Origin: Candidatus Aminicenantes bacterium
Lineage (GTDB): Bacteria > Acidobacteriota > Aminicenantia > Aminicenantales > Saccharicenantaceae
DNA length: 64,000 nt
Assembly (NCBI GenBank): GCA_034679465.1
Contig: JAXDAV010000026.1
Span: 239 to 64,238, forward strand
Direction: 5' to 3'
Part shown: in pieces, positions 52,443 through 60,749 of the stretch
Layout: the number at the start of each line of letters is the position of its first letter
Numbering within the stretch: the stretch's first letter is position 1
Position numbers and translations under genes: made by a program
Notes under the pieces: generated by a model
The model's input: the letters and a program-made list of their open reading frames with translations, nothing else
What the model was told of the DNA's origin: nothing
Database searches by the model: none

Positions 52443-54578
52443 ATGGACCTGAGGAGCACTCCCCATTTCCGACGGGGGGCGATCGCCGCGCCCCTTCGAA
52501 TCATCTTCTTGGCGGCCCTCCTGGCCGCCTGCGAAAGGGGCCCATCGGAGGGGCAGGCGGCTCGAAAGGACTATCCGATCACGCCCGTCCCGTTCACGGC
52601 GGTCAGGGTCACGGACGGGTTCTGGGCGCCCCGGATCGAAACGAACCGCGCCGTCACCATCCCGGCCATCTTCAAGAAATGCGAGGAGACGGGGCGCATC
52701 GACAACTTCGCCATCGCCGGAGGGCTCCTCGAAGGCGAATACCAGGGCGAGCGCTACAACGACACCGACGTCTACAAGACGATCGAGGGCGCGTCGTATT
52801 CGCTCATGCTCCATCCCGACCCTGAACTCGACGCCTACCTCGACGGCGTCATCGCCAAGATCGCGGCGGCCCAGGAGGACGACGGCTATCTCTACACGCC
52901 GCGGACGGCCAGCCCGGGAAAGGTCCAGCCGGGGACGGGCGAGGAGCGATGGGCGGAGCTGGCCGTGAGCCACGAGCTCTACAACGCCGGGCACCTGTAC
53001 GAGGCGGCCGCGGCCCACTTCATGGCCACGGGGAAGCGGCCGCTGTTGGACGTCGCCCTGAAGAACGCCGACCTCGTCGTCCGGACGTTCGGGGAGGGAG
53101 CGGGGAAGCGGCAGGGCTTTCCCGGCCACCAGGAGATCGAGCTGGCCCTGGTCAAGCTCCATCGCCTGACCGGGAAGCGGGACTATCTCGACCTGGCCAA
53201 GTACTTCCTCGACCAACGCGGCCGCGGCTTGACGCTGAGGCAGTATCCGCCGGGGAACCGCTTCGCCATCTATAACGATGCGACCCAGATCCAGGCCCAC
53301 AAGCCCGTCCTCGAGCAGGACGAGGCGGTGGGGCACGCCGTGAGGCTGACCTATATGGCCGCGGGCATGACCGACATCGCGGCGCTCACGGGCGACAGGT
53401 CCTATCTCGAAGCCGTTCGCCGGCTCTGGGAGAACGTCGTCGGGAAGAAGATGTACCTGACGGGCGGGATCGGCTCGCGCCACGACCGCGAGAGGTTCGG
53501 CGAGGCTTACGAGCTGCCCAACCTCACCGGCTATCTCGAAACATGCGCCTCGATCGGGATGGCCATGTGGAACCAGCGCATGTTCCTGCTCACCGGCGAC
53601 GCGGCCTATCTCGACGTCATGGAGCGGGCCATGTACAACGGGGTCCTTTCGGGCGTGTCGCTCGACGGGACGCTCTTCTTCTACCCCAATCCGCTCGAAT
53701 CGGACGGCACATACAAGTTCAACAAGGGCCGGGCGGAGCGGGCGCCCTGGTTCGGCGTCGCCTGTTGCCCCGGGAACGTCAGCCGTTTCCTGCCGTCCGT
53801 GCCCGGATACGTCTACGCGACGGGAGGGGAGGCCCTCTATGTCAACATGTTCGCGGCCGGGGAGGCCAGGGTCGACTTGGCCGGGCGGGCGGTCGGCATC
53901 GCCCAAGCCACGCGCTATCCCTGGGACGGAAAGGTCGTGCTGACGGTCGATCCGGGGAGGAAGGGCCGTTTCGCCCTCCATATCCGCATTCCCGGCTGGG
54001 CCCGGAACCGACCCGTGCCGACGGACCTCTACTCCTACGCGGACCGCGCGGGGGACGGCGATACGGGCGTCACGCTGCGGGTCAACGGCCGGGCCGTCGC
54101 GCTCGACATGGACAAGGGCTTCGCCCGGATCCGGCGGACCTGGAAGAAAGGGGATACGGTCGAGGTCGTTCTGCCGCTGGCCGCGCGCCGCGTCGTCGCG
54201 CATCCTGCGGTCGAGGACGATGCGGGGTTCGTCGCGGTCGAGCGCGGGCCCCTGGTCTATTGCGCCGAGGCGCCGGACAACGGCGGACACGCGCTCAATC
54301 TCGTTCTCCCCGACGGGGCGGCGCTTCGTCCGGGGACCCGTTCGGACCTGCTCGGCGGTGTCGTCGTGCTAACGGGGGAGGCTCTGGCCGCCGATCCGTC
54401 CGCCGTCACGAGGGTCCGCGAGGCTGTGGCCAGGGATGCCGCGCCCGGCGCTCGGCTCGAGCCACACCGCCTCGTTCTCATCCCCTATTATGCCTGGGCC
54501 CACCGCGGCGCCGGCGAGATGTCCGTCTGGCTGTTTAAATCGTTTAAATCGGGGACACAATACCATTTTCCGAATTAG
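52443..54578 (+). CDS. Glycoside hydrolase family 127 (beta-L-arabinofuranosidase type), lipoprotein
   Basis: Lipobox LLAAC. N-terminal YPITPVPFTAVRVTDGFWAPRIETN. Zn/Cys motifs LETCASIG and WFGVACCPGNVSRF. The last 12 or so codons (KSFKSGTQYHFPN) read into the repeat. Confidence 0.85.
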   Translation: MDLRSTPHFRRGAIAAPLRIIFLAALLAACERGPSEGQAARKDYPITPVPFTAVRVTDGFWAPRIETNRAVTIPAIFKKCEETGRIDNFAIAGGLLEGEYQGERYNDTDVYKTIEGASYSLMLHPDPELDAYLDGVIAKIAAAQEDDGYLYTPRTASPGKVQPGTGEERWAELAVSHELYNAGHLYEAAAAHFMATGKRPLLDVALKNADLVVRTFGEGAGKRQGFPGHQEIELALVKLHRLTGKRDYLDLAKYFLDQRGRGLTLRQYPPGNRFAIYNDATQIQAHKPVLEQDEAVGHAVRLTYMAAGMTDIAALTGDRSYLEAVRRLWENVVGKKMYLTGGIGSRHDRERFGEAYELPNLTGYLETCASIGMAMWNQRMFLLTGDAAYLDVMERAMYNGVLSGVSLDGTLFFYPNPLESDGTYKFNKGRAERAPWFGVACCPGNVSRFLPSVPGYVYATGGEALYVNMFAAGEARVDLAGRAVGIAQATRYPWDGKVVLTVDPGRKGRFALHIRIPGWARNRPVPTDLYSYADRAGDGDTGVTLRVNGRAVALDMDKGFARIRRTWKKGDTVEVVLPLAARRVVAHPAVEDDAGFVAVERGPLVYCAEAPDNGGHALNLVLPDGAALRPGTRSDLLGGVVVLTGEALAADPSAVTRVREAVARDAAPGARLEPHRLVLIPYYAWAHRGAGEMSVWLFKSFKSGTQYHFPN

Positions 54579-54703
54579 CCGCCAATGAGCCGGCGCAGAT
54601 CGCGGACAGTCAACGATAAAGGTTGCTATAATAAGAAGATTTAACGAGTTGCCCAATCTGTATAGCGCAAGTAATTCGGAAAATGGTATTGTGTCCCCGA
54701 TTT
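54546..54703. repeat. 158-bp MITE-like element: perfect 32-bp inverted repeats flanking a 94-bp AT-rich core
   Basis: 54546-54577 is the exact reverse complement of 54672-54703. The core carries TGcTATAAT (54624-54632). Confidence 0.85.
54624..54632 (+). promoter_or_regulatory. Extended -10 promoter element TGnTATAAT inside the inverted-repeat element
   Basis: TGCTATAAT at 54624-54632 points toward GH127 gene 2 (start 54721). Confidence 0.45.
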
Positions 54704-54720
54704 GAATGAGGAGGTCGACG

Positions 54721-57174
54721 ATGACAAGAGCTCGAATTGCGGGGGTCCTGGCCCTGGCACTTTTTCCGGTCTTCGCCGCGACCTGCGCTCAAGCGCCCAA
54801 GGCCGATTACCCGGCCGCGCCCGTACCGTTCACGGACGTCCACCTCACGGACGCCTTCTGGGGGCCGCGGCTGGACATGAATCGCACCGTGACCATCCCC
54901 CACGTCTTCAAGCAGAGCGAGGAGACGGGCCGGGTCCAGAACTTCGACCTGGCCGCGTCCGCCCTCGAAGGCGCCACCGACGGCAAATACTGCAGCCGCT
55001 TCCCCTTCGATGACTCCGACGTTTACAAGACGATCGAAGCGGCCGCGTACGCCCTGGCCACTCACCCCGACCCCGAGCTCGACAAATACGTCGATGGGCT
55101 CATCGCCAAGATCGCCGCGGCCCAGGAGCCGGACGGCTATCTTTATGCCGCCCGGACGATCGGCGGCCCGCCGCCCCAGCCCTGGCTCGGCAAGGAGCGC
55201 TGGTCGCACCTCTACATGAGCCACGAGCTTTACAACGTCGGGCACCTCTATGAGGCCGCGGCCGCGCACGTCCAGGCCACGGGCAAGAAGAACCTGCTGG
55301 CCATCGCCGTGAAGAGCGCCGACCTGGTGGCCCGCGAGTTCGGGCCCGGCAAGCGCACCAACCCGCCCGGCCACGAGGAGATCGAGATCGGCCTGGTCAA
55401 GCTCTACCGCGTCACCGGGACGCGGAAGTACCTCGACCTGGCCGGGTTCTTCATCGACGCCCGCGGCCAGACCGAGGGCCGGATCCCCTTCGTCGAGAAC
55501 GCCCGCGAAGGAAAGGAGCGGCTCCTCTACGGTGAATACGCCCAGGACCACAAGCCCTTCATCGAGCAGACCGAGGCGGTGGGCCATGCCGTCCGGGCCG
55601 GCTATCTCTACGCCGGCGCGGCCGACGTCGCCGCCCTCACCGGGAACGCGGCCTACATCGCCGCCCTGGAGAAGATTTGGGCCGACATGGTCGGGACCAA
55701 GCTCTACGTCACCGGCGGCATCGGCGCGGCCGGCGGTTGGGAGGGCTACGGTCCGCCCTACCGGCTGCCGAACGCCAGCGCCTACGCCGAGACCTGCGCC
55801 AACATCGCCACGTTCCTCTGGAACTCCCGGATGCAGAGGCTGGGGCTCGACGGGAAGTACGCCGACGTCATGGAGCGCATCCTCTATAACGGCGTCCTCT
55901 CCGGCATCTCGCTTTCGGGCGACAAGTTCTTCTACCCCAACCCCCTGGCCTCGTTCGGACAGCACGAGAGGGTGCCGTGGTTCAGCTGCGCCTGCTGTCC
56001 GCCGAACGTGGCCCGCGTCCTGACCTCGGTGCCGGGGTATTTCTACGCCGCCACCAAGGACAAGGTCTACGTCAACCTCTTCGCTCAAGGAACGGGGAAG
56101 ATGCGGGTGGCGGGGACGGACCTCGAGCTCGTCCAGACGACCGAGTATCCGTGGAAGGGCGACATCAAGATCGAGGTCAGGCCGGCCAAGGACGCCGATT
56201 TCACGTTGGCCGTGCGCGTCCCCGGCTGGGCCCAGAACCGTCCTGTTCCCTCCGATCTCTACACGTACCTGGACCCGCCGGCGGGCGAGCCGGCCCTCAA
56301 GGTCAACGGCGAGGCCGTCCCGCTCGGGCTCGACAAGGACTATGCCCTGATCGCGCGGACCTGGAAGGCCGGCGACGTCGTCGAGCTCAGCCTGCCCATG
56401 CCTGTGAGGCGCGTCGCGGCCCATGACGCCGTCGAGGCCGACCGCGGCCGGGTCGCGATCGAGCGCGGACCGCTCGTCTACTGCGCCGAATGGACCGATA
56501 ACGGCGGCCGGGTCGCGAATCTGGTGCTGGCCGACGGCGCGACGCTCGCGCCCGAGGCCCGGCCCGACCTGCTCGGCGGGGTCGTCGTCCTCACCGGCGA
56601 GGCCGGGGCGGTGAGCGAAAAGGCCGGGAAGATCGTCGTCGAGAAGAAGCCCCTGACGCTCATCCCGTATTACGCCTGGGCCAACCGGGGCAAAGGCGAG
56701 ATGGCCGTTTGGCTGGCCCGCGACGCCTCGAAGGCCCGCGTCGCCCGCGAGCCCGGCCTCTCGGCCAGGGCGACGGTCACGGCGTCCGAGCGGGCCGTCA
56801 ACCCGAAGCGCGTCAACGACCAGCTCGAGCCCGAGAGCTCGGACGACGCCGCCGGCTACATGCACTGGTGGCCGAAGCGGGGCACGACCGAGTGGATCGA
56901 CTACGCCTTCGAGGCGCCCGTGCGCGTTTCGGAGGCCGCGGTCTACTGGTTCGACGACACGGGCGGCGGCGGGTGCCGCGTCCCGGCCTCGTGGCGGATC
57001 CTCTACAAGAGCGGCGAGGAGTGGCTCCCGGTCCAGGCCGCCGGCCAATATGCCGTGGCCAAGGACGCCTGGAACACCGTGAAGTTCGCGTCCGTGCGGA
57101 CGAAGGCCCTGCGCCTCGAGGTCCAGCTCCAGGAAGGCTGGTCGGCCGGCGTCCACGAGTGGGCGATCAAGTAG
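54721..57174 (+). CDS. Glycoside hydrolase family 127 with C-terminal discoidin (F5/8 type C)-like domain
   Basis: ORF 54706..57174. GAGGAGG at 54708-54714 favours ATG 54721 (MTRARIAGVLALALFPVFAATC). AETCANIA and WFSCACCPPNVARV motifs. Extra C-terminal domain of about 150 aa ending ...GWSAGVHEWAIK. Confidence 0.85.
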   Translation: MTRARIAGVLALALFPVFAATCAQAPKADYPAAPVPFTDVHLTDAFWGPRLDMNRTVTIPHVFKQSEETGRVQNFDLAASALEGATDGKYCSRFPFDDSDVYKTIEAAAYALATHPDPELDKYVDGLIAKIAAAQEPDGYLYAARTIGGPPPQPWLGKERWSHLYMSHELYNVGHLYEAAAAHVQATGKKNLLAIAVKSADLVAREFGPGKRTNPPGHEEIEIGLVKLYRVTGTRKYLDLAGFFIDARGQTEGRIPFVENAREGKERLLYGEYAQDHKPFIEQTEAVGHAVRAGYLYAGAADVAALTGNAAYIAALEKIWADMVGTKLYVTGGIGAAGGWEGYGPPYRLPNASAYAETCANIATFLWNSRMQRLGLDGKYADVMERILYNGVLSGISLSGDKFFYPNPLASFGQHERVPWFSCACCPPNVARVLTSVPGYFYAATKDKVYVNLFAQGTGKMRVAGTDLELVQTTEYPWKGDIKIEVRPAKDADFTLAVRVPGWAQNRPVPSDLYTYLDPPAGEPALKVNGEAVPLGLDKDYALIARTWKAGDVVELSLPMPVRRVAAHDAVEADRGRVAIERGPLVYCAEWTDNGGRVANLVLADGATLAPEARPDLLGGVVVLTGEAGAVSEKAGKIVVEKKPLTLIPYYAWANRGKGEMAVWLARDASKARVAREPGLSARATVTASERAVNPKRVNDQLEPESSDDAAGYMHWWPKRGTTEWIDYAFEAPVRVSEAAVYWFDDTGGGGCRVPASWRILYKSGEEWLPVQAAGQYAVAKDAWNTVKFASVRTKALRLEVQLQEGWSAGVHEWAIK

Positions 57175-57200
57175 AATCTCGAAATCCGTTTTTGACCTCG

Positions 57201-57286
57201 AAAACAGAGTTTTAAGGCCTTTTTCAGGGCCAAAATCAAACGCATCTTACAGATAAACATCGGACTTTCTGAGGTCCGACCCCATT
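57201..57286. repeat. About 85-bp AT-rich intergenic repeat, copy A
   Basis: Shares the exact 18-mer CTGAGGTCCGACCCCATT (57269-57286) and a 5' block of about 30 bp (AAAACAGnGTTTTAAGnC.TTTTT.A.GGCC) with copy B at 60665-60749. Abuts the 3' end of a minus-strand gene. Confidence 0.75.
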
Positions 57287-57292
57287 GGGCCG

Positions 57293-57901
57293 TCAGGGCC
57301 GGCGGAAGTGCCCGACTTCGACCAGCTTGAAGAAGGACCGGGCGCAGGCGCCGATGTCGTTGGCCGCGTCGTGGGCCCCTTCGTATGGAAAGCCGAAGCA
57401 ATAACGATGAAGCTCTTCGAGGGTCGGCCACTTGTAGCCGAATCCTCCGCCCGGCCGGGGCAGAGCGCAGAGCGCGGTCGTCTCCTTCATCGTGCAGATC
57501 CCGGGGAGGTCCAGGAACCCCAGGGGCTTCCTCGTCCGGACGAGCTCGGACCCGACGACGCCTCGGTCGTAGTCGTAGTTGTGGGCGACGAGCGTCGTCC
57601 CCGGGGCCTCGGCCGCTTCGAGGAACTCGTCGAGGACCTCGGCCAGGCTCCGACCGACCCTCACGGCGTGGCCGTGGGTGATGCCGTGGATCCTCGTCGA
57701 ATCGGGCGGGATACTGAATCCCTCCGGCTTGACGATGTGACAGCGGGCCTCCCCGGCGTTCCCCCGGGCATCGTAGCGGGCCCAGGCGATCTGGACGAGC
57801 CTCGGCCATTCCCCGGCGACCTCGGGCGAAAAATAGCGGACCCGGGGCAGTCCGGTCGTCTCGCAGTCGAAGAACAAGAGGCTCGGGCGCAGGACGGGCA
57901 T
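57293..57901 (-). CDS. DnaQ/DEDDh-family 3'-5' exonuclease, stand-alone
   Basis: Exo I LFFDCETTGL, Exo II LVAHNYDYD, Exo III HDAANDIGA. 202 aa. Confidence 0.8.
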   Translation of the reverse strand: MPVLRPSLLFFDCETTGLPRVRYFSPEVAGEWPRLVQIAWARYDARGNAGEARCHIVKPEGFSIPPDSTRIHGITHGHAVRVGRSLAEVLDEFLEAAEAPGTTLVAHNYDYDRGVVGSELVRTRKPLGFLDLPGICTMKETTALCALPRPGGGFGYKWPTLEELHRYCFGFPYEGAHDAANDIGACARSFFKLVEVGHFRRP

Positions 57902-57995
57902 GTCACGGTTTCCGGGGATTAGGGTTACCCAGATACGGGCCGGCTGTCAAGTTGATGGATCGACGAAGAGCGCGTCGAGGCGCCGCCGGGTCACG

Positions 57996-58024
57996 TTGAC
58001 AGCCGGACGGGGGCGAGGTAAATT
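57996..58024 (+). promoter_or_regulatory. Candidate promoter of the GH51 gene (TTGACA-17-TAAATT)
   Basis: TTGACA at 57996-58001 and TAAATT at 58019-58024, about 105 bp upstream of ATG 58129. Confidence 0.35.
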
Positions 58025-58128
58025 CTCTTTCGCCGTTGCCGGCCCATCGGCGGTTCCGGTCCCCCAGAGGATCGATCATGCCAGCCATGACTCAAGCCCG
58101 TGGCGCCTCTGCCCCGGAAGGAGGAACG

Positions 58129-60549
58129 ATGAGAACCCACTTCAGTCGCTTCACTCTCGCTCCGGCCGTCATCGCCGTCCTCGGGTTGCTTTTGGTCGGT
58201 TTGGCCGCCTGCAAGTCCGGCGCGCCCGGGGCCGGCGACGAGCTGGCCGGAGTCACCCAGTTCGTCGCCAACGGCTCGTTCGAGGAGTTGGCGGGCGAGA
58301 GCCCCAAGGGCTGGGCGGCGAGGCGCTGGCAGCGCGAGAGCGACGCGCTGTTCGCCGTTGAACCCGCCGGCCGCACGGGCGGCCGGAGCGTCTCGATCTC
58401 CTCGGCGAGCGGCGCTAACGCTTCCTGGATGACGACCGTTCCCATCCGACCCTACTCGCGCTACCGGCTCGGCGGCTGGATCAAGACCGAGGACCTCATT
58501 CCCGGCTCGAGCCGCGGGGCCCAGATCAACGTCCAGGGCGAGAGGGATTGGCGCACGCCTCCGGTCACGGGCACCCGGGACTGGACGCGCGTCGACGTGG
58601 AGTTCGACGCCGGGGCCAACGACGCGATCGAAGTGACCTGCCTCTTCGGCGGCTGGGGCCGGGCCACGGGCAAGGCCTGGTTCGACGACGTCGAGCTGGT
58701 GCGCCTCTCCGGGAAGGAGATGGGGCGGCCCAAGGTCACGATCGATGGCGGAAAGACGGGGAAGCCCGTTTCCAAATACATCTACGGCCAGTTCATCGAG
58801 CACCTGGGGCGCTGCATCTACCAGGGCCTCTGGGCCGAGATGCTCGAGGACCGGAAGTTCTTCTGGGCCGTCGGCGAGGGGGAGTCGCCGTGGAAGGCCG
58901 CGGGCGACCCGGCCTTGGTCACGATGGACAAGGTCAGGCCGTTCACGGGAGCGCAGACGCCGCGCGTCACGCTCGGCGGCCGGGGCACGGGAGGGATCGC
59001 GCAGGAGGCGCTGGCCCTCGTCGAAGGGAAAGAGTATGTCGGCCGCGTCGTCCTGGCCGGCGACGCGAGCGCCGCGCCCGTCACGGTGAGCCTCGTCTGG
59101 GGCGACGGGTCGGAGGCGAGGCAGACGATGGTCGTCGATGCGATCGACCGCGGGTTCGCGGCCTTCCCGTTCACGTTCCGGGCCGGCGCCTCGACGGAGA
59201 ACGCCCGGCTCGAGATCGCCTCGTCCGGCCGCGGCTCGTTCCGGATCGGCGCGGCCTCGATCATGCCGGCGGACAACGTGGAGGGCTTCCGGCCCGAGGT
59301 CCTGGCGTTGCTCAGGGAGCTCGACTCGCCGGTCTACCGCTGGCCGGGCGGCAACTTCGTCAGCGGCTACGATTGGCGCGACGGCATCGGGGACCGCGAC
59401 CGGCGGCCGCCGCGCAAGAACCCGGCCTGGACGGGGGTCGAGCACAACGACGTCGGCATCCACGAGTACATGGACCTCATGCGGCTCATCGGATCCGAGC
59501 CCTACATCACCGTCAACAGCGGCCTGGGGGACGCGACCATGGCCCTCGAAGAGCTCCAGTACGCCAACGGCGCGCCCGATACGCCGATGGGCAGGCTCCG
59601 GGCGGCCAACGGCCATCCCGAGCCGTGGGGGGTCACGTTCTGGGCCATCGGCAACGAGATGTATGGGAACTGGCAGCTCGGGCACATGCCGCTCTCGGAT
59701 TACGTCAAGAAGCACACCCAGTTCGCCGTGGCCATGAAGGCCATGGACCCGTCGGTCCGGCTCGTGGCCGTGGGAGAGGCGGGGCGGTGGAGCGAGACCA
59801 TGCTGGCCGAGGCCTCGAACCACATGGACCTCATCAGCGAGCACTTCTATGTCCAGCACAGGCCCGGGCTCCTCAGCCACGTCAACCAGGCCCCGGCCGC
59901 GGTGAGGAGGATCGCGGAGGCCCATCGCCAGTATCGGGCCATGATCCCGACGCTCAGGACCAAGGAGGTCCCGGTCGCGCTCGACGAGTGGAACTACTGG
60001 TACGGGCCGCACGTCTACGGCGAGCTGGGGACGCAGTATTTCCTGGAGGACGCGCTGGGCGTGGCCGCGGCCCTCAACGAGTTCGCCCGGCAGACCGACG
60101 TCTACGTCATGGCCAACTACGCCCAGACGGTCAACGTCATCGGGGCCATCAAGACGTCGAAGACGGCGGCCGTCCTCGACACGACGGGCGTCATCCTGGC
60201 GCTCTACCGGAGGCATTTCGGGACGATCCCGGTCGCGGTCGGGGGCGCGCCCGAACCCCTCGACGTCATGGCCTGCTGGAAGGACGAGACGAGGAGCGTC
60301 CTGACGCTCGCGATCGTCAACCCGACCAAGCGCCGGATGGAGCTCAGGCTCGATCCGGGGAAGCTGAAGCTGCCCAGGACGGCCAGGCTCTATCTCGTCT
60401 CGGGCGACGATCCGCGGGCCTGCAACGTGCCCGGCCAACTGCAGCAGGTCGCCGTCCACGAAACCGAGGCGGCCCCCTTCGGGAAGAGGATCGCGGTCCC
60501 GCCGATCAGCGTTTCGTTGTATCACATTGGGGTCGGACCACAGCAATAA
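58129..60549 (+). CDS. GH51 alpha-L-arabinofuranosidase with N-terminal carbohydrate-binding-like domain, lipoprotein
   Basis: ORF 58036..60549. GGAAGGAGG RBS and ATG 58129 (lipobox GLAAC). YRWPGGNFVSGYDWRDGIG, acid/base WAIGNEMYG, nucleophile ALDEWNYWY. Confidence 0.85.
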   Translation: MRTHFSRFTLAPAVIAVLGLLLVGLAACKSGAPGAGDELAGVTQFVANGSFEELAGESPKGWAARRWQRESDALFAVEPAGRTGGRSVSISSASGANASWMTTVPIRPYSRYRLGGWIKTEDLIPGSSRGAQINVQGERDWRTPPVTGTRDWTRVDVEFDAGANDAIEVTCLFGGWGRATGKAWFDDVELVRLSGKEMGRPKVTIDGGKTGKPVSKYIYGQFIEHLGRCIYQGLWAEMLEDRKFFWAVGEGESPWKAAGDPALVTMDKVRPFTGAQTPRVTLGGRGTGGIAQEALALVEGKEYVGRVVLAGDASAAPVTVSLVWGDGSEARQTMVVDAIDRGFAAFPFTFRAGASTENARLEIASSGRGSFRIGAASIMPADNVEGFRPEVLALLRELDSPVYRWPGGNFVSGYDWRDGIGDRDRRPPRKNPAWTGVEHNDVGIHEYMDLMRLIGSEPYITVNSGLGDATMALEELQYANGAPDTPMGRLRAANGHPEPWGVTFWAIGNEMYGNWQLGHMPLSDYVKKHTQFAVAMKAMDPSVRLVAVGEAGRWSETMLAEASNHMDLISEHFYVQHRPGLLSHVNQAPAAVRRIAEAHRQYRAMIPTLRTKEVPVALDEWNYWYGPHVYGELGTQYFLEDALGVAAALNEFARQTDVYVMANYAQTVNVIGAIKTSKTAAVLDTTGVILALYRRHFGTIPVAVGGAPEPLDVMACWKDETRSVLTLAIVNPTKRRMELRLDPGKLKLPRTARLYLVSGDDPRACNVPGQLQQVAVHETEAAPFGKRIAVPPISVSLYHIGVGPQQ

Positions 60550-60574
60550 GAACATTATCAACAAGATAGCCGCA

Positions 60575-60749
60575 TTTTGAGGGCCTGAAAAGCCTTATAA
60601 CCCGCATTTTTGCCGGTAAAAACGTCGATCGAGTCGCGCGCTGAGCCCTTCATTTTCGTGCCCAAAAACAGGGGTTTTAAGCGTTTTTACGGCCCTATTT
60701 TGGAGCTAAGTTGCTCTAAATAAACGTATAGCTGAGGTCCGACCCCATT
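60575..60749. repeat. Composite AT-rich repeat region (copy B plus additional shared modules)
   Basis: 60586-60624 (GAAAAGCCTTATAACCCGCATTTTTGCCGGTAAAAACG) matches 62645-62695. 60639-60665 (CGCTGAGCCCTTCATTTTCGTGCCC) matches 49533-49568. 60665-60749 is copy B of the 57201-57286 repeat, with the 18-mer at 60732-60749. Confidence 0.75.

Noticed and set aside
54683-54698. TGGTATTGTGTCCCC inside the right inverted-repeat arm, considered as a sigma54 -24/-12 element.
   Set aside because: It has the GG but lacks the TTGC/GC -12 element at the correct spacing. The exact match at 21827-21841 shows what a true site would look like.
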